In this document: positions 25,669 through 34,710 of the stretch, piece after piece
Layout of the letters: each line of letters begins with the position of its first letter
How positions within the stretch are numbered: the stretch's first letter is position 1
Assembly (NCBI GenBank): GCA_038253685.1
Contig: JBBSGX010000001.1
Coordinates: 1 to 43,562, forward strand
Reading direction: 5' to 3'
Origin: Candidatus Limnocylindrales bacterium
GTDB lineage: Bacteria; Chloroflexota; Limnocylindria; Limnocylindrales; CSP1-4
Length of the DNA: 43,562 nt
Translations under genes and position numbers: made by a program
Notes under the pieces: generated by a model
The model's input: the letters and a program-made list of their open reading frames with translations, nothing else
Database searches by the model: none
Told to the model about the DNA's origin: nothing

Positions 25669-26841
25669 TCAGCGGAACCACGTCAGAGCGAGCACGGCGG
25701 CCGCGGTCAACGCCACGACTTCGACCCAGCCGCGGCGCACGTAGGCCCTCCGGTCGAGCGGCCATCCGCGCCGGATCGCAACCGAATGACTGAGCATGGT
25801 TGCGAGCGACCCGTGGGGCGTCAGGACGCTGATGACATTGGTGCCGATCAGGAAAGCGATCACCGTGCTCGGACCCGCGCCGATGAGCCAGAGCGCCCCG
25901 AACGCCGCCGCCGGCAGGTTGTTGAACGCAGCCGAGAGCAGGCCGCCTGCTACTGCAACCATCGCCAACGTCAAGATGTCTGCGCCGAGCGGGGCGGATG
26001 GAAGGAGAGCCACGAGCCGATCGAGCTCGCCGCTGAAGGCAACCGTCGCCAGGATGATCGCCACGCCGGCGGGCGGAATGCTCCGGCCGAGAGCGGTTGG
26101 ACGACAGGATCCCGCCGTCACGGCCAGCGCAGCAACGATAGCAGCGGTGACCGCGAAGACGGGCGCGACGTCGCCATCGGCGAACCCGACTATCACAGCG
26201 GCAACTGAACCGGTGATGGCAACCAGTCCCCCCACGACCGCGGCGCGGGAGGGCGTCTGGCGGACATCCGAGGGCTCCCGGGTTGGTCGCGCCGGCGGCG
26301 TCCCATCGCCGCCTCTGCCGATCCTCGTGCCCAGAAGCATCAGGGCCACACCCGCGACCACCAAAGCAAGTTGGGGCACAGCCGCCGCCTCGACATACGT
26401 CCCGAACGCGAGCCCGGTGCCTGCCACCAGCAGCAGATTGGTGAGATTGCTGAAGGGAAAGAGCAGCGAGCCCAGGTTGGAGCCAAGGATCGCAGCGCGC
26501 ATCTGGAGCGTGCGATCGGTCACGTCTGGGCCGGCCACCCCCAACCCAACATCTGCGGCAACGATCGCGGCCGCATCAAGGCCGAGCATTGCACTCGTGA
26601 TGCACCACAGAGTGAACAGACCGGCTGGGCGATACGGCCGCGAGATGGCACGCCGCAACGCGAACGCGGTGTGCTCTCCCCAACCCAGTGAGCCCAGCCC
26701 AACCGCGAGCGGCGGCAGCACGAGCAGAAGCACGAGCGGTTGGCCGAACCGCCCCACCGCCACTCCAAGAGCGGGTGCCGACAGCAGCAGACTTGCGACG
26801 CCGACGGCCTGCACTCCCCGCCCGGGAGCAAGCCCAACCAT
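25669..26841 (-). CDS. ArsB/NhaD-superfamily permease (anion/arsenite-pump-like membrane protein)
   Basis: Ten or more hydrophobic helices. ..GSNLGSLLFPFSNLTNLLL.. resembles the ArsB/CitMHS conserved loop. The start overlaps the MerR gene stop (ATGA). Confidence 0.65.
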   Translation of the reverse strand: MVGLAPGRGVQAVGVASLLLSAPALGVAVGRFGQPLVLLLVLPPLAVGLGSLGWGEHTAFALRRAISRPYRPAGLFTLWCITSAMLGLDAAAIVAADVGLGVAGPDVTDRTLQMRAAILGSNLGSLLFPFSNLTNLLLVAGTGLAFGTYVEAAAVPQLALVVAGVALMLLGTRIGRGGDGTPPARPTREPSDVRQTPSRAAVVGGLVAITGSVAAVIVGFADGDVAPVFAVTAAIVAALAVTAGSCRPTALGRSIPPAGVAIILATVAFSGELDRLVALLPSAPLGADILTLAMVAVAGGLLSAAFNNLPAAAFGALWLIGAGPSTVIAFLIGTNVISVLTPHGSLATMLSHSVAIRRGWPLDRRAYVRRGWVEVVALTAAAVLALTWFR

Positions 26842-27266
26842 CAGCGATGCCCGGGCTTTCTCGTGTGTGGCTCGACGCGGCCAGGCGGGTGACTGGGAGG
26901 GCGAGGAGGGCCGCCGGGCGGGCCAACGGGTCGCGTGGCCAGCTCGACGCTCCGGGCGACGGCAAGCAGCTCGAAGATGAGCAGCGGATCTCCGTCTGCC
27001 AGCGCGGCCGCCACCCTTCGCTCGGCCAAACGGCGGATCGTGGCGAGTGCCCCGATCGTCGCTCCGGACCGGAGCGCCGCCGATGCGGCATTTCCCAGTG
27101 CCAACTCGGGCGGCGGATAGTGTCGATGGCCTCGTGGGTCCGGGCCACGCTCCGGCCTGAGCACTCCCTGTTGCTCGAGGTAGCGAAGCATGCGCGGCGA
27201 GACCCCGAGATCGTTGGAAAGGGCGCCGATTCGGGGAGATTCGTCTTGGTTTTCAAGGTCAGTCAT
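26841..27266 (-). CDS. MerR-family transcriptional regulator
   Basis: ..IGALSNDLGVSPRMLRYLEQQGVLRPER..GHRHY.. is the MerR helix-turn-helix and wing. Confidence 0.85.
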   Translation of the reverse strand: MTDLENQDESPRIGALSNDLGVSPRMLRYLEQQGVLRPERGPDPRGHRHYPPPELALGNAASAALRSGATIGALATIRRLAERRVAAALADGDPLLIFELLAVARSVELATRPVGPPGGPPRPPSHPPGRVEPHTRKPGHR

Positions 27267-27303
27267 GCGGACTAACCTACCACATTCTTGTCAGGTTGTG
27301 GCT

Positions 27304-28014
27304 TCAGGCCTCAGGCGGTCGGAAGACGTAGCCGACGCCGCGCACCGTCTGGATGCGCGTCGGCGAGGATGGATCGTCCTCGAGCTGGCTCCGGAGCCAG
27401 TGCACATGGACGTCGACTGTTCGAGTCTCACCCGCGTAGTCGTAGCCCCAGACGCGCTCGAGCAGCTGCTCCCTGCCGAAAACCTGGCCGGGGTGCCGGA
27501 GCAGGAAGGCCAGGAGCTCGAATGCCTTCGGCTTGATCGGCAGCGGTTCGCCGTCGCGCAGAAGGCGGTGTCCTGCGAGGTCGACCGTCACCGATCCGAG
27601 CTCCACGGTGGAGGTCGAGCCCTTCTCTGAGCCTGGCACAGGCGCGTCTGCTCGCCGCAGGAGGGCGCGGACCCGAGCCTGGAGCTCTCGCAGGCTGAAC
27701 GGCTTGGTCACGTAGTCGTCGGCGCCGAGCTCCAGGCCCACCACTTTGTCGATCTCGCTGTCGCGTGCCGTGAGCATCAGGATCGGAACGGCCGATTCGC
27801 GCCGCACGATGCGGCAGACCTCGATCCCCGAGAGCTCGGGCAGCATCAGATCGAGCAGGATGAGGTCCGGAGGATCCGCCCGGAAGCGCTCCAGCGCCTC
27901 CCGTCCGTTCGCGGCCGTGACCACCCGCAACCCGTCCTGGGTCAGTGTCTCGGCCAGGGTCTCGCGAAGCGTCTGCTCGTCGTCGACCACCAGGACGGAA
28001 CGGCGCGGGGTCAT
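27304..28014 (-). CDS. OmpR-family response regulator, RegX3-like, with no adjacent kinase
   Basis: ..VLVVDDEQTL..DLILLDLMLPELSG..MLTARDSEIDKVVGLELGADDYVTKPFSLREL.. The TARDSEIDKVVGLELGADDYVTKP block matches my memory of mycobacterial RegX3. A winged helix follows. Confidence 0.9.
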   Translation of the reverse strand: MTPRRSVLVVDDEQTLRETLAETLTQDGLRVVTAANGREALERFRADPPDLILLDLMLPELSGIEVCRIVRRESAVPILMLTARDSEIDKVVGLELGADDYVTKPFSLRELQARVRALLRRADAPVPGSEKGSTSTVELGSVTVDLAGHRLLRDGEPLPIKPKAFELLAFLLRHPGQVFGREQLLERVWGYDYAGETRTVDVHVHWLRSQLEDDPSSPTRIQTVRGVGYVFRPPEA

Positions 28015-28021
28015 CCTGGGT

Positions 28022-28462
28022 TCAGCCTACTGCCGGGGCAGCAGAGCCAGCGGCCGAGGGGGACGCCTGGGCCGCTGCGCGCGCGAACTCGCGGTTGCGG
28101 ATCCACCACTCGGTGAAGTCGCGGCAGCGACCCTCGTCGTCGAACCGGCACAGGTAGATGTTGGAGTACTCGTCCTTGAGCTTGCCGTCCTGGTCCAAGT
28201 AGCGGCTCCAGCCGGTCGCAACATAGGTGTCGCCATCGACCGCGAGGGGCTCGTACCTGGCATCGTACGTACCCGGAGTGTCGCGTCCGTCGAGCCAGTC
28301 GGCGACGATCGCGTCGCGCCCCTTGATCGGGTCGTCCTGGGGGTGGTAGCGGTATGTGGCGTCCTTGCTGAAAAGGTCGCTGATGGCCTCCGGGTCGTAG
28401 CTCTTCCAGGCCCCGACGTAGCGGTCAAGCCACTCTGCGAATCCGGCGCGATCGAGTGTCAT
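28022..28462 (-). CDS. SnoaL/NTF2-like fold protein
   Basis: ..FAEWLDRYVGAWKSYDPEAISDLFSKDATYRYHP.. is the usual N-terminal pattern of SnoaL-like/NTF2 domains. The main domain is about 130 aa. Confidence 0.6.
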   Translation of the reverse strand: MTLDRAGFAEWLDRYVGAWKSYDPEAISDLFSKDATYRYHPQDDPIKGRDAIVADWLDGRDTPGTYDARYEPLAVDGDTYVATGWSRYLDQDGKLKDEYSNIYLCRFDDEGRCRDFTEWWIRNREFARAAAQASPSAAGSAAPAVG

Positions 28463-28531
28463 CGAAGCCTCCTGTCCTGGGTGCAGCGTCGTGCCGTCGG
28501 CATGGTGGGCGCCGATACCTGACGCGGCGTG

Positions 28532-30049
28532 TCAATCATGAGGGAGGGGAACCGTCTCCTCGACCAGGGCCCTGGCGGTGTCCAGCCGCTCGAGCGTCCG
28601 GGCCGGTCCCAGGCACACCAGCGTATCGAAGAGCGGTGGCGTGGCGGTGCGGCCAGTGACCGCGACGCGGATCGCCATGAACAGGTCGCCGGCCTTCCAG
28701 CCCCGCGCTTCACAGAGCGCGCGCAGCGGCGCCTCGAGCTCATCGGCTTCGAAGCTCACGTCTCCTGCCTCCGCGATGAGGCGGCGCGCCTCCGTCAGGC
28801 CCTCCAGCGTCGTGGCGACGTCCCAACGCTTGGGGACCAGCAGCGCGGGATTGACCTGGAGCTCCTCGACGAAGAGGAAGTCGACCATCGCCCCGATCGA
28901 CGAGAGCACCGGCAATCGCTCTCGCACGAGGGGCAGGAGCACCCGCAGATCATCCTCGGTAGGGATGCGGACGGCTTCGCCGCGCTCTCGACGCGCCTCC
29001 AGGTCGCCCATCAGGTATGGGAGTGCTCGGCTCACCAGGTCGTCGTCACTCAGGCGGCGGATCCACTGTCCGTTGAGCCATTCGAGGCGCTCGCGGTCGA
29101 ACACGGCGCCGCCGGCATGCACGCGCTCGAGCTCGAAGCGCTCGACCAGCTCGTCGAGGCCGAAGACCTCCTCCTCGCCTCCCGACGCCCAGCCGAGCAA
29201 CCCGAGATGGTTGACCAGCGCCTCGCGGATGAAGCCTTCCTCGCGGTAGTCGTCGATCGCCGTCTGGCTCTTGCGCTTGGACATCTTGGTCCGGTCCGGG
29301 TTCAGGATGAGTGGCAGATGCGCGAACTTAGGCAGCTCGGCGCCCAGCGCCTTGAACAGAAGGATGTGCTTCGGCGTGTTGGAGAGGTGGTCCTCGCCGC
29401 GAATGATGTGGCTGATGGCCATCGCGGCATCGTCGACTGTGACCGTGAAATGGTAGAGCGGCGTGCCGTCGGAGCGGACGATCACCAGGTCGCCGCCCAG
29501 TGCGCTCGTGTCGATGGCGATGTGGCCGCGCACGACGTCATCGAACTCGACCACGCCCTCGCCGATGCGGAAGCGAATGACGGGCTTGCGGCCCTCCGCC
29601 TCGCGTGAGCGTCGCTCCTCGGGCGTGAGGTGCGCGCATCGACCGACGTAATGCGGCGGCTGATGCGCGGCCTCCTGGGCCAGCCGGTCGGCGGCGAGCT
29701 CCTCAGGCGTGCAGTAGCAGTAGTACGCCTTGTCCTCCCGGAGCAGGCGCTCGACAGCTTCGCGGTAGGAATCGAGTCGCTGCATCTGCCGGTAGGGACC
29801 GTAGGGTCCACGGGCCGGCAGGCCGGCAACCTCCGGCCCCTCGTCCCACTCGAGCCCGAGCCAGTGCAGTCCGTCGAGGATGTCGCGCTCGTACTCGATG
29901 GAGGAACGCGCCACGTCGGTATCCTCGAGGCGCAGGATGAAGGAGCCGCCATTGCGCCGCGCGAAGAGGTAATTGAACAACGCGGTCCGCGCCGTACCGA
30001 TGTGCAGCGGGCCCGTCGGGCTTGGTGCGATGCGAACGCGAACCGTCAT
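28532..30049 (-). CDS. gltX: Glutamate--tRNA ligase
   Basis: MTVRVRIAPSPTGPLHIGTARTALFNYLFAR.. carries the HIGH motif and ..KMSKRK.. is the KMSKS motif. The start is set at ATG 30049; the longer track ORF adds a non-homologous extension. Confidence 0.95.
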   Translation of the reverse strand: MTVRVRIAPSPTGPLHIGTARTALFNYLFARRNGGSFILRLEDTDVARSSIEYERDILDGLHWLGLEWDEGPEVAGLPARGPYGPYRQMQRLDSYREAVERLLREDKAYYCYCTPEELAADRLAQEAAHQPPHYVGRCAHLTPEERRSREAEGRKPVIRFRIGEGVVEFDDVVRGHIAIDTSALGGDLVIVRSDGTPLYHFTVTVDDAAMAISHIIRGEDHLSNTPKHILLFKALGAELPKFAHLPLILNPDRTKMSKRKSQTAIDDYREEGFIREALVNHLGLLGWASGGEEEVFGLDELVERFELERVHAGGAVFDRERLEWLNGQWIRRLSDDDLVSRALPYLMGDLEARRERGEAVRIPTEDDLRVLLPLVRERLPVLSSIGAMVDFLFVEELQVNPALLVPKRWDVATTLEGLTEARRLIAEAGDVSFEADELEAPLRALCEARGWKAGDLFMAIRVAVTGRTATPPLFDTLVCLGPARTLERLDTARALVEETVPLPHD

Positions 30050-30199
30050 GCTGTCAAGTGTGAGGCCCGCCCGGGAGTCCCGTTTGCACGGGTTCGCCCC
30101 AGACGCGGAACAATCGCCACCGGCCGCCCGTCTGTGAGTGCGCCGGACCTCATCCGCAGCTGTCAGACGACCGCCCCAGGTCACCCGCAGAGGAGCACC

Positions 30200-31690
30200 A
30201 TGGCCCACCGCCAGCGCTGGATTTCGTCGCTGCTCTCCATCCTGATCGGAGGCACGGCCCTCGCAACGGGAGCCCTCCCTGTCGCCGCCGGAACCTCAGG
30301 CCCGGCCAATCCCTCAGTCCGGCTCTACGCGGCGCGGGACCACATCACGGCCCAGCATTTCAAGGGACAGCCGGCGTACATCGATCCCGGAATCCTGCTG
30401 GAAGCGGTCGGCGGCGCGTGGCAGATCAACGCCGGCCGGCCGGACTACGACCATCCGATCGCTGCCGTACAGGTGATCAAGACCAAGTCGGGCTGGAACT
30501 ATCGCCCGCTCCCCGCCGGCCTCGTGACCGGGCTCCACGGACTGCCGAAGTTCTTCCATGTCGTGATCACCGACCTCAGCGGCCATCAGGTCCTCTCCCA
30601 CTTCTACACCTTCTGCCCGGACGGAACCGACTCGCGCGTTTCGCCGGACGGCCCGATGAACCCGACCTACCCGCGCGGTTGCTTCACGGGTCCCTTCACC
30701 CTCGGATCCGTCTGGGGCATTGACCGCGGTTGGGCCGTTTCGGCCTTCGGCTATCAGGGCATCAAGGTCAAGGCGAAGAACGGCCGCTACCACATGACCG
30801 TGTCCCTTGGCCACGCCTACGCCAAGTTCTTCGGCGTGCCAAAAGGCCACGACTCGGTGAGCATCAGCCTCGATCTCAAGAGCGGCGATCAAGGCTGCCG
30901 GAAGATCTGCCCGTGCCCGCCATTCTGCGTCGGGGGCTCCGCACACCACGCGCCTGCCATCGTCAACCGCGCAGGTCCGCTCGGGATGCTGCCGACCCAG
31001 GCAACCCCTGATCCGAGCACGCTGCCCGACCTCGTCGCGCTCCCGGCCTGGAGCATCATGATCGACCACCAGAGCAGCGGCGACTTCGTCGACTTCTCGG
31101 CGACGGTCTGGGACGCAGGGCCCGCCCCGATGGTCGTCGAGGGCTACCGCCGGAGGGGCAAGCCCGTCATGGACGCCTGGGAGTACTTCTTCAAGGACGG
31201 AGAGGCGATCGGCCGCGCACACGTCGGAACCATGGAGTACGACACGCGACCCGGGCACCAGCACTGGCACTTCCGCCAGTTCGCCCGGTACTCGCTGCTC
31301 GACGCATCGCAGCAGAAAATCGTCGTGAGCGAGAAGGAGGCGTTTTGCCTCGCACCGACCGACGCCATCGACATGACACGACCCGGCGCCGAATGGAACC
31401 CCTACTCGGTTGGCTTCGGGAGCGCCTGCGGCGACCGCAGCTCCATCTGGACACGTGAGTCGCTGCCGGCAGGCTGGGGAGACACCTACTCCCAGACGCT
31501 ACCCGGTCAGTCGCTGGACATCACGAATGTGCCCAACGGCACGTACTACATCTCGGTCAAGGCCAACCCGGCCGGCCATCTCTTCGAGAGCGATTACACC
31601 AACAACCGGGAGCTCCGCCAGATCGAGCTTGGAGGCACCACCGGGCATCGCACCGTCACGGTCGAGCCCTGGCACGGGATCAACGTTTGA
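30200..31690 (+). CDS. Secreted lysyl-oxidase (LOX) family copper amine oxidase homologue with a ~300-aa N-terminal domain of unknown function
   Basis: An AGAGGAG Shine-Dalgarno sequence precedes the ATG. The signal peptide is ..LLSILIGGTALATGALPVAAG. The C-terminus carries GHQHWHF (HxHxH copper site), EKEAFCL (cofactor Lys context) and GWGDTY..SLDITNVPNGTYYISVKANPAGHLFESDYTNN. This is collinear with human LOX ..[53 protein letters not shown]. Confidence 0.85.
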   Translation: MAHRQRWISSLLSILIGGTALATGALPVAAGTSGPANPSVRLYAARDHITAQHFKGQPAYIDPGILLEAVGGAWQINAGRPDYDHPIAAVQVIKTKSGWNYRPLPAGLVTGLHGLPKFFHVVITDLSGHQVLSHFYTFCPDGTDSRVSPDGPMNPTYPRGCFTGPFTLGSVWGIDRGWAVSAFGYQGIKVKAKNGRYHMTVSLGHAYAKFFGVPKGHDSVSISLDLKSGDQGCRKICPCPPFCVGGSAHHAPAIVNRAGPLGMLPTQATPDPSTLPDLVALPAWSIMIDHQSSGDFVDFSATVWDAGPAPMVVEGYRRRGKPVMDAWEYFFKDGEAIGRAHVGTMEYDTRPGHQHWHFRQFARYSLLDASQQKIVVSEKEAFCLAPTDAIDMTRPGAEWNPYSVGFGSACGDRSSIWTRESLPAGWGDTYSQTLPGQSLDITNVPNGTYYISVKANPAGHLFESDYTNNRELRQIELGGTTGHRTVTVEPWHGINV

Positions 31691-31719
31691 GGTCCGTGCT
31701 CAATCCCAGGTAGCGCAGA

Positions 31720-31744
31720 GGGCGCGGTCGGCAGGACCGCGCCC
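31720..31744. terminator. Stem-loop between convergent LOX and J-domain genes
   Basis: GGGCGCGGTC / loop GGCAG / GACCGCGCCC forms a perfect 10-bp stem, followed by GTTCGATTTCT. Confidence 0.55.
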
Positions 31745-31798
31745 GTTCGATTTCTGGGGCAGTAATCGGCGGCGGAGCAGCCTGCGTCCGCGACTCGC

Positions 31799-33487
31799 CT
31801 ATCCGGGCGGGTTCCGGTGCCGGCCGGCATCCCACGCCGCGGCGGCAATGCCGCCACTCAATGCCGCGACGACCACGATGATCGCCACGACGATCGGGTC
31901 GATGGGATGGAGGAGAACCACACCGCTGAGGAGAACAATGGGCGTGGTGACCAGGAGCGCGGCCACGGCGCCGATGATGGCGCTCGCCCCCATCGAAGCG
32001 TCCCGGGAGCCGGCCTCGTCGTTCGGATCGGGTTTTGAGGTTCGAGACGTGGCGCTGGCCTGGCGAAAGGAGGCTGCGGCGGTCCTCGCCGCGGACGCGG
32101 CCCTTGGCTGGTCGGCGGCGGACGTGTTCCTCGGAGCGGCGGCGACTCGTCCCTTGGCTGTGCCGGCGCGCGGGCCTGCGCTCGATTCGGCGGCGGGCAT
32201 CGTCGCGCTGGAGCGGTTACGCGCGTCGCCATGTTCCGGATGCGGTGTGGCTTGCGACTGCGGTGGGGCCTGCGCCGGGCGAGGCTCGGAACGAGGAGTC
32301 GATCGATCGTGGCTTTTCGGTGCGTGGTCGAAAGCCTGGCGTGGGGCAGCCTTCGTGCCGGGTCGTGGCCGCAGGAGTTCGTCCGCTGCCGATCGGCGAC
32401 GCGCCTCGTCCTCCTTGACCTGGCGCGCCTCGGCGCCCGTGACCACCTGTGTGCCGCGGTAGACGAAGGCGCCGCGACTGGGCAGGTCCGCATCGCCCTT
32501 GCGGAAGTAGCGGCGGGCGGCCATCGACCAGGCGGCGCCGCTCGATCGGCTGTAGACATCCATCTCCGGACCGGTGGGCCGGGTGGCGCCCGGGCCGGGC
32601 GGCGGGGTTCCGCCCGGAGCTCCCGTGCTCGCGTTCGAAGTGCCGCCTGGGGTTCCGGCGCTCCTGCTCGAGGCACGACCAGTGGACCCGGTACCCCTGC
32701 GCGACGCACCGCCGGGCGCGTTCGACGAGCTCGGCGCCCCACTCGCCGATGCCGTTGCCTTGTCCGGACGGCTCGCGCTTCCACCGTCACGCGGGCGTGC
32801 GGTCTGATCGCGCGGCTTCGAGGCCTGTCCGCGCGGCGTGAAGTCTTCCCACCACGGAACGCGTTCCGCGGACCAGGTGTAGGACCGGCTCGAAGCTTCC
32901 CGGCCGGACTGGCTCCACGCGGCATCCTCTCGCCGGGCTTCCCCTTCGGCCGCGCCACCGCGACTCCGAGACGTGCCGCCTCCCCGTGGAGAGGCAGTCC
33001 CTCCGGGCGCGCCACCGCCTCCGGGCGTGCCACTGCCTCCGGGCGTGCCACTGCCCGCGGTCGCGCCACCGCCCTTCCCGGCACCATCATCGGCCGCGCC
33101 GGGCGTGCCTGGCCCGCCTACCGTGCCTCGACCGGCGGACCCGCGCCCCGAACCCGGCCCTCGCGTGTGTCGCGCGCCTGCCTCGCCATCCTCGCGAGTC
33201 CAGCGGCCGCTGGCGGCTCGTGGCCGCGTGGCTCGTCCCTGTGGAGCGGTCCCCGCTCGCACCGGACCCGGAGCGTGCCGCGCATCCCAATCGCGCCGCC
33301 GAAGGGGATCGGACAGCAGCAGGTAGGCCTCCTGGATCGCCAGGAATCTCGTCGAATCGCCCTCCGGGGCATCAGGGTGGAAGCGCTTGGCGAGACTGCG
33401 ATGGGCGGCCTTGATCTGCACGATCGTGGCGCCGCGCTGCACGCCGAGCTGACGGTAGGGATCGGGGACTGGCTGCATTCCGCTCAC
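31799..33487 (-). CDS. J-domain (DnaJ-like) protein with a long disordered G/P/R/S/T-rich linker and a C-terminal membrane anchor
   Basis: The N-terminus ..DPYRQLGVQRGATIVQIKAAHRSLAKRFHPDAP..IQEAYLLLSDPLRRRDWD carries the HPD motif. About 400 aa of low complexity follow. The C-terminus ..IIGAVAALLVTTPIVLLSGVVLL..IVVAIIVVVAALSGGIAAAAW forms two hydrophobic helices. Confidence 0.8.
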   Translation of the reverse strand: MSGMQPVPDPYRQLGVQRGATIVQIKAAHRSLAKRFHPDAPEGDSTRFLAIQEAYLLLSDPLRRRDWDARHAPGPVRAGTAPQGRATRPRAASGRWTREDGEAGARHTRGPGSGRGSAGRGTVGGPGTPGAADDGAGKGGGATAGSGTPGGSGTPGGGGAPGGTASPRGGGTSRSRGGAAEGEARREDAAWSQSGREASSRSYTWSAERVPWWEDFTPRGQASKPRDQTARPRDGGSASRPDKATASASGAPSSSNAPGGASRRGTGSTGRASSRSAGTPGGTSNASTGAPGGTPPPGPGATRPTGPEMDVYSRSSGAAWSMAARRYFRKGDADLPSRGAFVYRGTQVVTGAEARQVKEDEARRRSAADELLRPRPGTKAAPRQAFDHAPKSHDRSTPRSEPRPAQAPPQSQATPHPEHGDARNRSSATMPAAESSAGPRAGTAKGRVAAAPRNTSAADQPRAASAARTAAASFRQASATSRTSKPDPNDEAGSRDASMGASAIIGAVAALLVTTPIVLLSGVVLLHPIDPIVVAIIVVVAALSGGIAAAAWDAGRHRNPPG

Positions 33488-33501
33488 TGGGTGCTATCCC
33501 T

Positions 33502-34662
33502 TCAGAGCAGCTCGGAAATGGGCGCCAGCTCGAAGCCCACCACCGACTCGGCGACAACCCGTCGCATCGGGTCCCGCGAGGCCGGGCGATGCTGCGAGGC
33601 CAGCGCCCGCAGGTCCCGCTCGTCGAGGGCGCCGAGCTGCGAGAGCGCCTCCACCGTGACGGCCCGGTTGGCGCGCCCGTGTCCGTCGCCGTCCTCGATC
33701 TTGATGGCGACTCCGGCCGACGAGGGCTGCCGCTGACGTGCGCCCGGGAGGATGCCCACGCCGCGCAGCGACTCGGCGCCACCCTTGATGACGAGCTGGC
33801 CCGGCCGCCGCTTCATCAGGATCGTGTCGAGCATGTCCTGGGTGCCGCCCACCAAGTCCGGCGCGGCCATCATGGCGTCGCGGATGCGGGTCAGGGCAGG
33901 AGCCGATCGAGCGCGTCCCGTGTCGACCGCGCTACCGGGGTCCGCGAGAAGGCCGAACGCGCGGGCAACCTCGACCAGCGGGAAGGCGTAGGTGAGCAGC
34001 CCGCAGTCATCTCCTCCTGTTTCGAGGGCGGCCGGGGTCGTGCCGAAGAGCCGCGCCACCGTCTCACGCACCGCCACCTGGCTCGGATGGTCGGGGCGGT
34101 GGTAATCCTCGAGGGACCAGCCCTTGAAGCGGCTCAGCAGGAGACTGGCCGCGTGGAACCCGGAACACTGGTGCCGGATCGGTCCCGCCTCTTCCCCGTC
34201 GCGTGTCAGCCGCGCCGCGGTGGTCGGATCGATCGGCATGCCCTCCGCACCGCAGGCCAGCAGCGTCTGGCTGATGCCGGCCCGCCGGAAGACCGCCTGG
34301 AGCGTTCGAACATGGCGGTCCTCGCCTGCATGGGAGGCGGCCATGATCGCGAGCTCGGGATCCGAGAGGCGCAGGTCGTCCGCCGCCCCTGCCTCGATGA
34401 GTGCCACGAGGGCGAAGGGCTTGATCGCCGAACGCACCGTGACCATCGTCTCCGGATCGCCGACAGCGCGCTCGATCTCGCCGCTCTCGCTGACCTGGAC
34501 CACGTGCCCACGATGCCGGCTCTCGACGATTCCGGCGCGCCGCACCTCGACCAGGACCGGTGCTGGAGCACTGCGCGGGTAGCGCGGGGCTCGTCGCGGC
34601 GTGGCTCGTGGCCGGGGTTCGGCGGGGAGCGCCGGATGGTCTGCCGTGGGGGTTCGGGGCAC
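33502..34662 (-). CDS. L-asparaginase II family protein
   Basis: ..VLVEVRRAGIVESRHRGHVV..RSAIKPFALVALIE..MAASHAGE..HQCSGFHAA..IKGGAESLRGVG.. is the Asparaginase_II pattern. The start is uncertain. The GTG at 34662 is the nearest in-frame start upstream of the conserved N-terminus; the GTG at 34545 would clip it; the track ORF (to 35373) is antisense to upp. Confidence 0.75.
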   Translation of the reverse strand: MPRTPTADHPALPAEPRPRATPRRAPRYPRSAPAPVLVEVRRAGIVESRHRGHVVQVSESGEIERAVGDPETMVTVRSAIKPFALVALIEAGAADDLRLSDPELAIMAASHAGEDRHVRTLQAVFRRAGISQTLLACGAEGMPIDPTTAARLTRDGEEAGPIRHQCSGFHAASLLLSRFKGWSLEDYHRPDHPSQVAVRETVARLFGTTPAALETGGDDCGLLTYAFPLVEVARAFGLLADPGSAVDTGRARSAPALTRIRDAMMAAPDLVGGTQDMLDTILMKRRPGQLVIKGGAESLRGVGILPGARQRQPSSAGVAIKIEDGDGHGRANRAVTVEALSQLGALDERDLRALASQHRPASRDPMRRVVAESVVGFELAPISELL

Positions 34663-34710
34663 CTCGCGATGGTACCGCCTTGGCCGGGGACGGCTTGCTA
34701 CGATTGCCGG

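Noticed and set aside
27267-27303. A possible MerR-type operator (AACCT-N14-AGGTT) in the 37-bp gap upstream of the MerR gene.
   Set aside because: Only 5-bp arms are present, with no recognisable -35/-10 pair at the 19-bp spacing typical of MerR promoters. The gene may simply be co-transcribed with the upstream response regulator.
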